Source: an uncultured Clostridia bacterium
GTDB taxonomy: Bacteria; Bacillota; Clostridia; TANB77; CAG-508
Assembly (NCBI GenBank): GCA_944388015.1
Contig: CALXHD010000001.1
Location: 1-35,492, forward strand
Length of the DNA stretch: 35,492 nucleotides
Direction: 5' to 3'
Positions within the stretch are counted from its first letter, which is position 1. Every line of letters begins with the position of its first letter. Of the stretch, positions 1 to 8,277 are shown piece by piece. A model generated the notes under the pieces. That model did no database searches, was not told where the DNA came from, and saw only the letters and a list, made by a program, of their open reading frames with translations. The translations under genes and the position numbers were made by a program.

Positions 1-149
1 ATACTTGCTATATATTTATTACTTGCAAAACAACTTTTAGTTTCTTCACTTAAATACAAAATCATAGATAGTATTATTTTTTCTTTATCTGATATGTTTA
101 ATAAAACTTCTACTGGTATCCATAGACCTTTTAATTTTTGCATTTTCAT
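1..149 (-). CDS. Phage/plasmid-type helix-turn-helix protein, N-terminal fragment (gene runs off the left edge)
   Basis: Not in the ORF track because there is no stop in the window. The reverse complement reads MKMQKLKGLWIPVEVLLNISDKEKIILSMILYLSEETKSCFASNKYIASI. GGAGGA lies just upstream, and its spacing favours the second ATG at 143. The pattern '(W/F)IxVPxxLL..LSxxEKxxLSxIxxLS....CFASNxYIA' is typical of HTH_36/DnaD-like proteins of prophages and plasmids. Confidence 0.6.
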   Translation of the reverse strand, partial: MKMQKLKGLWIPVEVLLNISDKEKIILSMILYLSEETKSCFASNKYIAS

Positions 150-193
150 ATCCTCCTTTCGCTTAGTTTAATTAACATTAATTTTGATTAAGT

Positions 194-229
194 ATAAAAA
201 ATAAGCCTTAAGATTTACTCTTAAAGCTT
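194..229 (-). terminator. Rho-independent terminator downstream of the 778-aa ORF
   Basis: On the minus strand the hairpin is AAGCTTTAAGA-gtaaa-TCTTAAGGCTT followed by ATTTTTTAT. It lies 18 nt after the stop at 247. Confidence 0.6.
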
Positions 230-246
230 TAAGTTTTTATATATTA

Positions 247-2583
247 TTAATTTGCATTTAAATATCGATTTGTAATTTTTCTTATATTATAATTATTGTT
301 TTCTAATAGTTTTTCTTTAATATCTTTAATATCATTTTCCTCAACATTTTGATATAATACTATCTTTATTATTTCTCTTGCTTCTTCAAATATACATTTA
401 TTTGCATTATCTTTCATTAATTCAATCATTTTAATATAATACTTAGTTTTTAATAATATTTTCATTATTGAATATGATTTACATTTTATGTCTATATCAA
501 ATTCTTTATTGTAGGAATATATGAATGTATAATATAATTGATTTTCTATCTCTGTTTCTTCTAAGTTGATTTTTTCATTTATATAATCAAAACACTTTAA
601 TACTTCTAAAATATTATCTTCATTATCAAAAATAGCTTCACAAAAATTGTCTATCAATTCTTCTTGGGATATCATTTTTAAGAGAAATTCTAACATCATT
701 TTATTAGTATTTAAGTCTTTTATTGTGCAATTTCTAAACTCATCATCACACATTGATTCAAAGTCTATTTTATTTATTATATTCAATAAAATATCTCTAT
801 ATTTTTTAGTATCATTTCCCATTATTAAATTAGATAATATTTTTATGTGTCTTATTTTTTCATATATTGTTTGATTCTTTGATGCTAAAATTCTTGTAGC
901 AAGTGGAATATATCGGCTTAATATTAATTTTTCCAAATCTTCAGAATAGTTTTCATTTGAAAAAGAATCTCTTCCTATCATATATTCATTTGCATATCCT
1001 GTTAATAGACTAGGATTGCTTTCTCTTTGATTAGTTCTTTCTTCCATAATATCTATTATTTTTTCTACAGTAACATAATTATCTTTATCTTCAACTATAT
1101 TATCTATTATTATATTATATCTGTTTTCATATATAACTTCATCAAATTTATTATTTTTTGTTATTTTTTTATAATTTGCTATTGCATCTATTATATTTAA
1201 ATTATGTTTTTTTCTTTCTATTATCATTCTTTCTAATAGCTTTTCAAATATTTCTAGTTCATTTTCACTTAATTGCTCTATTTCCAATAAATTCATAATT
1301 TCAGAAATTTCAATGTAAAATCTTGAATATTGATTTTCAAAATAACTTAAAAAAATTTGTAATAATCTTTCTTTATTATTTAACCTTGATATATTATGTT
1401 TCAATGCTTTTAAAATATCGTGAACATTATTAATATTAATTTTTTCGTTTATCTCTATTTTAGATAACATTATATTTTCCAGTTTTAGATATTCATCATC
1501 TGATAAATATTTTCCAAATATTTTATATATAAAGCAATTATAATTATCTATATAAAACTTAATAACAGTGTTTCTTTGATTTAGTAAGTTATTAACAAAT
1601 TCATTACTGTATATTTTAGAAGTCCTACATCTTAATGAATTAAATAGTTGCTCAAATTTCTTTGTATTATTGCTTAGAAGCAACATCTTTAAAGAGGATA
1701 AATATAATTCTTCATCTTCTAATGCATCTGCATAGAGATATAATATATCAGATAAAAGTTCTCTACTAAGTTTAAGATGCGTTATAGAGCCATAAAAAAT
1801 AGTAACATATATTAGTTTTTGAATTTCATTACATATATTCCTTAATCCATTTGAATATATAATAGTGTATTTACTCTTGTATTTATATCTAAAAGAATTT
1901 TTATGAGCTTCTTCATATATATTGGTTTTTATTCTATCATATATTGGATTTGCTAATATATGCTTATTTTTATTGATTTCTTCTTGGAATTCATCTTTTA
2001 TTTTATATTTGTTATTTTGATTGTTGTATTGTATATTTATATTCCTACCATCAATTAATATATCATCCTTAAAATATGATTCTATTTTATCTCCATTTTT
2101 TATTTTTATTAGTAACTTTTCATACAACTCTACACTACTTTCAATATTCCCTTTAAAGTATTCAAACATAGCTGTCCATCTTTCTTTAATAATGTCATCT
2201 TCATCCATATCGAATTCTCTTTTTAGTTCATTTTGAAATTGCTCTAGTAATTGAATTGGAAAATCTCCCTTTCCTATTACCCAATCTATAATAGCCTTTC
2301 CAAACTTTAATGAGATACTTTTAAAATTATAGTCATCATTTTTATAACTCCAAAATAAATTTGAAAATAAGTACCCTTCTAATTCCTCAAACTTATTTAC
2401 ATATTTATAATAAAATTCTGAATATTTGTTCTTAGTTGTTACTTCTGGATTTAAAATGTTATATATTTGAAATACATTATACTCTGTATTATCACCATTT
2501 ATCATTTTTCCATTTGGTCCATCTATTTCATTATTTTTTAAAACTTTTTCTATTATTTCTTTATTCCCTGTTTTTATATTCAT
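247..2583 (-). CDS. Large hypothetical protein (~778 aa), N/K/I/E-rich and apparently all-helical, with no recognisable catalytic motif
   Basis: Long uninterrupted ORF (track 247..2595). The track's initial ATGGAG looks like the SD (GGAG 6 nt before the ATG at 2583), so I start at MNIKTGNKEII. I found no Walker A, HEPN Rx4-6H, nuclease or other motif by eye. It overlaps the upstream small ORF by 23 nt, which suggests translational coupling. Confidence 0.75.
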   Translation of the reverse strand: MNIKTGNKEIIEKVLKNNEIDGPNGKMINGDNTEYNVFQIYNILNPEVTTKNKYSEFYYKYVNKFEELEGYLFSNLFWSYKNDDYNFKSISLKFGKAIIDWVIGKGDFPIQLLEQFQNELKREFDMDEDDIIKERWTAMFEYFKGNIESSVELYEKLLIKIKNGDKIESYFKDDILIDGRNINIQYNNQNNKYKIKDEFQEEINKNKHILANPIYDRIKTNIYEEAHKNSFRYKYKSKYTIIYSNGLRNICNEIQKLIYVTIFYGSITHLKLSRELLSDILYLYADALEDEELYLSSLKMLLLSNNTKKFEQLFNSLRCRTSKIYSNEFVNNLLNQRNTVIKFYIDNYNCFIYKIFGKYLSDDEYLKLENIMLSKIEINEKININNVHDILKALKHNISRLNNKERLLQIFLSYFENQYSRFYIEISEIMNLLEIEQLSENELEIFEKLLERMIIERKKHNLNIIDAIANYKKITKNNKFDEVIYENRYNIIIDNIVEDKDNYVTVEKIIDIMEERTNQRESNPSLLTGYANEYMIGRDSFSNENYSEDLEKLILSRYIPLATRILASKNQTIYEKIRHIKILSNLIMGNDTKKYRDILLNIINKIDFESMCDDEFRNCTIKDLNTNKMMLEFLLKMISQEELIDNFCEAIFDNEDNILEVLKCFDYINEKINLEETEIENQLYYTFIYSYNKEFDIDIKCKSYSIMKILLKTKYYIKMIELMKDNANKCIFEEAREIIKIVLYQNVEENDIKDIKEKLLENNNYNIRKITNRYLNAN

Positions 2584-2740
2584 AATTATCTCCATTTACC
2601 ATTTTAGAATTATCTCCAGTCATTTTATTTGATTTTAATTCTTTATTATATTTATATGAATTATAAGTAATTCCTCCTAAAAATGCTCCTATGAATGATG
2701 TTATTATAGGAATTATTATATCTGTAATAATTTCTTTCAT
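2561..2740 (-). CDS. Small single-pass membrane protein (59 aa; 64 aa if started at 2755)
   Basis: The sequence is MKEIITDIIIPIITSFIGAFLGGITYNSYKYNKELKSNKMTGDNSKMVNGDNYEYKNRE, with one hydrophobic helix followed by a polar tail. GGAGG lies 8 nt before the ATG at 2740. A consensus promoter lies upstream. Confidence 0.6.
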   Translation of the reverse strand: MKEIITDIIIPIITSFIGAFLGGITYNSYKYNKELKSNKMTGDNSKMVNGDNYEYKNRE

Positions 2741-2784
2741 ATTATTTTCCTCCATATATTAATTTTTTACTTTATTTTTACATT

Positions 2785-2812
2785 ATTATATGATAATTTT
2801 TTAATATGTCAA
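2785..2812 (-). promoter_or_regulatory. Sigma-70/SigA-type promoter for the small-TM/large-ORF operon
   Basis: The minus strand reads TTGACA (2812..2807), a 16-nt spacer, then TATAAT (2790..2785). It sits about 45 nt upstream of the small ORF. Confidence 0.55.
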
Positions 2813-2872
2813 ATTTTTTCTATAATACTTCCCTAATCCACTCATTTATTTTATGCTTGTCCGATGTATCAA

Positions 2873-3229
2873 TCAAATATCGCAATCCCCTGGATATGAA
2901 AATGTTGCTTCTTTATATCTGCCAATTATTGCTCCAACTATTATCACAGATGACCTCATTTGATGCATTAATATATCAGGTATTTCATATTTATCTATAT
3001 TGCTTGTATCTATAATTACTTTGTTTTTCTTTTTTTGTACATTTCCACCCAAGATTTTAATTATTTCATACATTTTTTGTGTATCTTGTATATTAGGTAC
3101 ATTATATAATGTAGTTATTCCCTTATTTAAAATAGTTCCTGCAATTATTGGTAATGCTGAATTTTTAGAACCTGATATTGTTACTGTTCCTTCTAATCTA
3201 TTTCCCCCTTTTATTATGTAGCTTGACAT
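2873..3229 (-). pseudogene. murA: UDP-N-acetylglucosamine 1-carboxyvinyltransferase (MurA), 5' remnant of 118 of ~420 codons
   Basis: MSSYIIKGGNRLEGTVTISGSKNSALPIIAGTIL...RSSVIIVGAIIGRYKEATFSYPGDCDI* aligns with the MurA N-terminus up to the catalytic PGGC loop. It then stops, and no further MurA-like sequence follows in any frame. A strong SD (AAGGAGGGG) is retained. Confidence 0.8.
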
Positions 3230-3294
3230 TTCTTCCCCTCCTTTTTACGTTATTATATTATATTTTATGTCTTCTTTACGTAAAAAGTGTATTA

Positions 3295-3837
3295 TCAGTT
3301 TTTGCAATATAAATAACATCCTTCATCATGTGAATAAATTACTCCTATTGCCTGTAAAAAAGAATATATTATGGTTGAACCTACAAATTTCATACCTCTT
3401 TTTTGTAAATCTTTTGATATATTATCTGATAAATTTGATGTAGTTTTCCCATTTTCATATATCACTTCATTATTAGTAAAAGTTTCTAAATATTTACTAA
3501 ATGTCCCATATTGCTCTTGTATATCTTTAAAAATTTTTGAATTATTAATAGTTGCATTTATTTTTAACCTATTTCTTATAATACCCTTATTCTGTAATAA
3601 TTCTTGTATTTTTTCATCACTATAATTTATAATTTTATCTATATTAAAATTATCAAATGCTTGTCTAAAACTTTCTCTTTTATTTAACACACATTCCCAA
3701 GAAAGCCCTGCTTGGAAAGACTCTAATATTAACATTTCAAACAAATATTTATCATCTAAATTAAGTCTTCCCCATTCTTCATCATGATATTTTACATATA
3801 GCTCATTTTTCAAATTACACCATTTACATCTTTGCAT
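3295..3837 (-). CDS. tag: DNA-3-methyladenine glycosylase I
   Basis: The sequence CKWC...YHDEEWG...FEMLILESFQAGLSW...GMKFVGSTIIYSFLQAIG is typical of Tag. GGAGG lies 5 nt before the ATG at 3837, so the track start at 3858 is over-extended. Confidence 0.9.
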   Translation of the reverse strand: MQRCKWCNLKNELYVKYHDEEWGRLNLDDKYLFEMLILESFQAGLSWECVLNKRESFRQAFDNFNIDKIINYSDEKIQELLQNKGIIRNRLKINATINNSKIFKDIQEQYGTFSKYLETFTNNEVIYENGKTTSNLSDNISKDLQKRGMKFVGSTIIYSFLQAIGVIYSHDEGCYLYCKN

Positions 3838-4342
3838 AAATACCTCCACATTTTTCATGAGTTAATAATGCAATCTTATTTTTTATTCCTCCACTATATC
3901 CAGTTAAGCTTCCATTTGTTCCTATGACCCTATGGCATGGAATAATAATACAAATTGGATTCCAACCAACTGCTCCTCCTACAGCTTGAGATGACATTTT
4001 TTCTATACCTCTATTTTTAGCAATTATTTTAGAAATATCTTTATATGTTATAGTTTTTCCATATGGTATTTTATTCATTATATCAACCACTTCTTTTCTA
4101 AATACTGTTAAATTTTCTAATTTATATTTTGGTATAAAATCAGGAACTTTACCGCTAAAATAAATGTCTAACCATTTGCTTGTTTCTTTAAATATTGGCA
4201 AATCTTTTTCTTCACATTCTATTTTATGTTTTAAAGCATCTCTAGAACCTTCAAACCATAAGCCAGTTAAATCTTTTCCATTACTATTCATTAATATATT
4301 TGAAAATCCATTAGGAGTTTTATATCTATATTTATAAACCAT
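3824..4342 (-). CDS. ogt: Methylated-DNA--protein-cysteine methyltransferase
   Basis: The active-site motif IIIPCHRVIG and the MGMT DNA-binding region are present. AAGGAG lies 9 nt before the ATG at 4342. The gene overlaps the tag start by 14 nt. Confidence 0.9.
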   Translation of the reverse strand: MVYKYRYKTPNGFSNILMNSNGKDLTGLWFEGSRDALKHKIECEEKDLPIFKETSKWLDIYFSGKVPDFIPKYKLENLTVFRKEVVDIMNKIPYGKTITYKDISKIIAKNRGIEKMSSQAVGGAVGWNPICIIIPCHRVIGTNGSLTGYSGGIKNKIALLTHEKCGGIYAKM

Positions 4343-4343
4343 A

Positions 4344-5031
4344 TTAAACATCTCCTTTTATATCCCAATGCCAAGTTCCTTTATTTTCAGGTAATAGTTT
4401 AAATTCTAGTCTTTCTTTAGTAATTGGATGTTCAAAGCTCAAATAATACGCCCATAATGCAATTTGTTTACCCTTTCCTCTCTTTCCGTATTTTTGATCA
4501 CCAAATATACTATGTCCAAAATTTGACAATTGAACTCTTATTTGATGATGTCTACCAGTATACAAATTTATTTTTACTAAACTCAAGTTTTTATCAGGCT
4601 TATAGGCAATAACCTGATAATCTAATTTAGCATATTTTGCATTTTTTTTATCTTTATTAACAACTTTACTAATATTATTTCTTTCATCTTTATACAAATA
4701 ATCTTCTAATGTCCCGCTTCTTATTTTCAAACTTGCCATCAACAACTGCTAAATACATTTTTTTCATAGTCTTTTCTCTTACTTGATTACTAAGCCTTGA
4801 CGCAGATTTTGATGTTTTAGCAAATACCATAACACCACCAACAGGTCTATCTAACCTATGTACCAACCCCACATACACATTTCCAGGCTTATTATATTTT
4901 TCCTTTATATATTGTTTAACAATTGAAAGCATATCTATATTTCCTGTTTTATCAGATTGTGAAGCAATATTTACAATCTTTTGTACAACTAATATATGAT
5001 TATCCTCAAATAAAACATTTAACTTTTCCAT
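4344..5031 (-). pseudogene. RluA-family pseudouridine synthase interrupted by a +1 frameshift
   Basis: Two overlapping track ORFs (4690..5031 and 4344..4745) together make one RluA-type protein (HRLDRPVGGVMVFAKTSK ... GRHHQIRVQL). The frames join at about 4717-4723 (..ENK|SGTLEDYLYKD). Confidence 0.8.
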
Positions 5032-5052
5032 AAAAACCCGCCATTTCTAATA

Positions 5053-5922
5053 CTAATTATTTTGATACCACCTTCCATAAATACCACAAGGCAATATTAA
5101 CTTTGAATTTTCCATAGGAAGTCCTATCTCTCCTGATTCAATTTTACCATCATATTTTTTTGAAACTGTTAAATTTAATATATCTTCTAAGACCTTACTA
5201 GAAATACCTGTAGTATATGAATTAATCAAGAAAAACAATGGTTTATTAGAAAGTATATTTGTACACAATTTAACTAAATCATATATATTCTCTTCAAATT
5301 GCCATACTTCCCCTTTTGCTCCTCTACCATATGATGGAGGATCCATAATTATTGCATCATATTTATTTCCACGTCTTATTTCCCTATTTACAAATTTTAC
5401 AACATCATCAACTATATATCTAACTGACTTTTTTTCTAATCCTGATGAAACAACATTTTCCTTAGCCCAATTTGTCATCCCCTTAGAACTATCTACATGA
5501 CAAACAGAAGCACCTGCAGAAAGACAAGCAACTGTTGCACCTCCTGTATATGCAAATAAATTTAATACCTTAATATCTCTTTTGCTATTTTTAATTTTTT
5601 CAATCATCCAATCCCAATTAACAGCCTGTTCAGGAAATAGCCCTGTATGCTTAAATCCCATTGGTTTTATATTAAAGACCAAATTTTTATACTTTATTTG
5701 CCATTGCTTAGGCATTTTTTTATTAAATTCCCATGAACCTCCACCTGTCTTACTTCTATGATATGTTGCATTTATTTGATTCCATTTTTTTGGAAATGTT
5801 TTTTCTTTCCAAATTATTTGAGGATCAGGTCTACTTAAAATAACATCTCCCCATTTTTCAAGTTTTTGACCATCTGCCATATCTATTATTTTATAATCTT
5901 TCCAATCATTTGCTATTTTCAC
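5053..5922 (-). CDS. Class I SAM-dependent methyltransferase (RlmI/YwbD-like, no PUA domain)
   Basis: LNLFAYTGGATVA (SAM motif I) and IIMDPPSYGRG (motif IV) are present. Length and order match the Methyltrans_SAM family. Confidence 0.8.
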   Translation of the reverse strand: MKIANDWKDYKIIDMADGQKLEKWGDVILSRPDPQIIWKEKTFPKKWNQINATYHRSKTGGGSWEFNKKMPKQWQIKYKNLVFNIKPMGFKHTGLFPEQAVNWDWMIEKIKNSKRDIKVLNLFAYTGGATVACLSAGASVCHVDSSKGMTNWAKENVVSSGLEKKSVRYIVDDVVKFVNREIRRGNKYDAIIMDPPSYGRGAKGEVWQFEENIYDLVKLCTNILSNKPLFFLINSYTTGISSKVLEDILNLTVSKKYDGKIESGEIGLPMENSKLILPCGIYGRWYQNN

Positions 5923-6020
5923 AATTATACACCTCTTTTATGATAAATATGTTTAAGCCTATTTATTTTAATATATTTATACAAATATATTAACAAAAAT
6001 TTCAAGTTTTTTCAATAGGC

Positions 6021-6049
6021 TTTACAAGTTATTAAACCTATATTATAAT
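6021..6049 (+). promoter_or_regulatory. Candidate uvrC promoter
   Basis: TTTACA, a 17-nt spacer, then TATAAT. The -10 overlaps the track's ATG at 6048, which argues for the downstream start. Confidence 0.45.
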
Positions 6050-6077
6050 GTACATATTAGTATATAAGGAGACTAAA

Positions 6078-7871
6078 ATGTTTAATATAGAAGAAGAATT
6101 AAAAAAATTGCCAAATAAACCTGGTGTATATATTATGAAAAACAAAAATGATGAAATAATCTATGTTGGAAAAGCTATCTCACTAAAAAAAAGAGTTAGA
6201 CAATATTTTAGGAAAAATAATAAAACAAAAAGAATTGAAAACATGGTTAGTTTAATAGATCATTTTGAATATATTGTAGTAGATAATGAAGCAGAAGCTC
6301 TAATATTAGAGTGTAACCTAATTAAAAAAAACAGACCCAAATTCAATGTTTTATTAAAAGATGATAAAACATATCCATATATAAAAATTGATGTTAAATC
6401 AGATTATCCAACAATAATATATACAAGAAGAATCACAAATGATGGCTCAAAATATTTTGGACCATATGCAAACCCAGGTTCTGCAAAAGAAATGATTGAC
6501 TTTATAAAACAAAAATATAAAATAAGACAATGTAGACACTTAAAACCACGAACTAGACCTTGTTTAAATTATCATATTAAAAGATGTTTAGCACCTTGTA
6601 TGGGCTATGTTTCAAAAGAGGAATATAGAAAACAAATAGATGAGATTATTGACCTTCTAGATGGAAAAACAGATAAAATCTTACATGAACTACAAAGTCA
6701 AATGGAAATAGCATCAAAAAATTTAGAATTTGAAAAAGCTGCCGAATTACGTGATAGGAAACAAGCAATTGAAAGAGTATCTGAAAAACAAAAAGTTTCT
6801 AATATTACTGAAAATAATATTGATGTAATTGGTTTATATAAATCTGAATTAGATGTATGTATAGAAATATTTTTTGTACGTGGAAGCAAAATGATTGGTA
6901 GAGAACATTATTTTTTTCCTGAACTCCGTGATATGGAAAATGGTGAAATTCTATCAGGATTTATAAAACAATATTACCTTGATAATCCAAATATTCCAAA
7001 CAAGATAATGCTAAGAGAAGAATTAGAAGATAAAAATTTAATTGAAGAATGGCTTTCACACTTATTAGGAAAAAAAGTAGAACTTAAAAGTCCAAAAAAA
7101 GGAGAAAAATTAAGATTTGTTGAAATGGCAGAAAACAACGCCAAAGTTACATTAGAAAATAAAGAAAAAGATAAAAGCGAAATTCTATTAGAACTAAAAA
7201 ATGTTTTAAACCTGGATAAATTACCAAGAAAAATAGAAACATATGATATTTCCAATATTTCAGGTACAAATATGGTTGCAGCCATGTGTGTTATGCAAGA
7301 TGGGAATATAAAGAAAAATTTATCAAGAAGGTTTAAAATTAAAACCGTTTTTGGACAAGATGACCCTCGTTGTATGGAAGAAGTTATTACTAGACGTTTA
7401 AAACATTCTATTGATAACCCAAAAGGTGGTTTTGGTACATTACCTGATGTAATTTTTGCTGATGGAGGTATCACACAAATTCGTGCTACAAAAAAGGCTA
7501 TAGCTAAATATAATTTAAATATTCCTGTATTTGGAATGGTTAAAAATGATAAACATCAAACTAGAGCTTTAATGGATGAAAATAGAAATGAACTTAATAT
7601 ATCAGAAAATTTAAAAAATTTAATTACTAGATTCCAAGATACTGTACATGATACAGCTATTACATATCATAGAAAAGTAAGAGAACAAACAATTACAAAA
7701 TCTGAACTTGATGCTATTCCTGGAATTGGAGAAGTTAAGAAAAAAGCTCTATTAAAACATTTTGGTAGTGTAGCAAAAATTAAAAATGCATCTAGAGAAG
7801 AACTTTTAAAAGTAAATGGAATAAATGATAAAATTATAAATCAAATGTGGAATTTTTGGAATAATAAATAA
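6078..7871 (+). CDS. uvrC: Excinuclease ABC subunit C
   Basis: The protein has a GIY-YIG N-terminus (PGVYIMKN..IIYVGKA), a UVR domain (EFEKAAELRD), an endonuclease V-like domain and a C-terminal HhH2. AAGGAGA lies upstream of the ATG at 6078. Confidence 0.95.
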   Translation: MFNIEEELKKLPNKPGVYIMKNKNDEIIYVGKAISLKKRVRQYFRKNNKTKRIENMVSLIDHFEYIVVDNEAEALILECNLIKKNRPKFNVLLKDDKTYPYIKIDVKSDYPTIIYTRRITNDGSKYFGPYANPGSAKEMIDFIKQKYKIRQCRHLKPRTRPCLNYHIKRCLAPCMGYVSKEEYRKQIDEIIDLLDGKTDKILHELQSQMEIASKNLEFEKAAELRDRKQAIERVSEKQKVSNITENNIDVIGLYKSELDVCIEIFFVRGSKMIGREHYFFPELRDMENGEILSGFIKQYYLDNPNIPNKIMLREELEDKNLIEEWLSHLLGKKVELKSPKKGEKLRFVEMAENNAKVTLENKEKDKSEILLELKNVLNLDKLPRKIETYDISNISGTNMVAAMCVMQDGNIKKNLSRRFKIKTVFGQDDPRCMEEVITRRLKHSIDNPKGGFGTLPDVIFADGGITQIRATKKAIAKYNLNIPVFGMVKNDKHQTRALMDENRNELNISENLKNLITRFQDTVHDTAITYHRKVREQTITKSELDAIPGIGEVKKKALLKHFGSVAKIKNASREELLKVNGINDKIINQMWNFWNNK

Positions 7872-7917
7872 TTCATTGCATATAATATATCAAACACTTT
7901 TAAAGGGGGATTTTGCA

Positions 7918-8106
7918 ATGGATTATGCAAATAATAATATTTTAAAATTAAATTACAGCACAAGCTTTCAAGAAAAGAAATCTAATAGGACAAGCATGTT
8001 TAAAAAACATAAATTCCTTAGTATAGCATTAAGTTTATTTATTATATTTTCTTGTATTAACTTTTTTTTAATTTATTATTTTATGAGTATTTTACAAAAT
8101 TTATAA
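7918..8106 (+). CDS. Small hypothetical membrane protein (62 aa)
   Basis: GGGGGA lies 8 nt before the ATG at 7918. There is one C-terminal hydrophobic helix (FLSIALSLFIIFSCINFFLIYYF). Confidence 0.4.
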   Translation: MDYANNNILKLNYSTSFQEKKSNRTSMFKKHKFLSIALSLFIIFSCINFFLIYYFMSILQNL

Positions 8107-8187
8107 GAAACCTAACCTTGTTGTATACGAATAGTCTAAATAAAAGCCGATTTTTCCCATTCAACAAAAAAAGCTAAAATTAATACC

Positions 8188-8273
8188 AATTTTAACTTTT
8201 CTTTGTTAGTTTTCTGTTAAATTGTTCGTGTAATTATTAATGTTATAGGAAAATCAAAGACTTTCCTATAACA
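8188..8273. repeat. Composite intergenic repeat, copy A (Box1 plus variant palindrome)
   Basis: Box1 is AATTTTAACTTTTCTTTGTTAGTTTTCTGTTAAATTGTTCGTG (8188..8230). The palindrome TGTTATAGGAAAATC-aaa-GACTTTCCTATAACA follows at 8241..8273. It lies between the convergent small ORF and glmS and probably doubles as a terminator hairpin. Confidence 0.6.
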
Positions 8274-8277
8274 TCAT

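Noticed and set aside
2873-2880. TGA read as Trp (genetic code 4) to rescue the truncated murA
   Set aside because: Reading through the TGA gives only 8 more codons before a TAA, with no MurA similarity. All other genes terminate and align normally under code 11, and Trp is encoded by TGG.
5923-6077. LexA (Cheo) box upstream of uvrC (GATAAATATGTTTAAG)
   Set aside because: It lacks the GAAC...GTTC core of the Firmicute SOS box and is only an AT-rich near-palindrome. The 9-bp AAGCCTATT/AATAGGCTT inverted repeat, with its 53-nt spacer, is also too weak to call.
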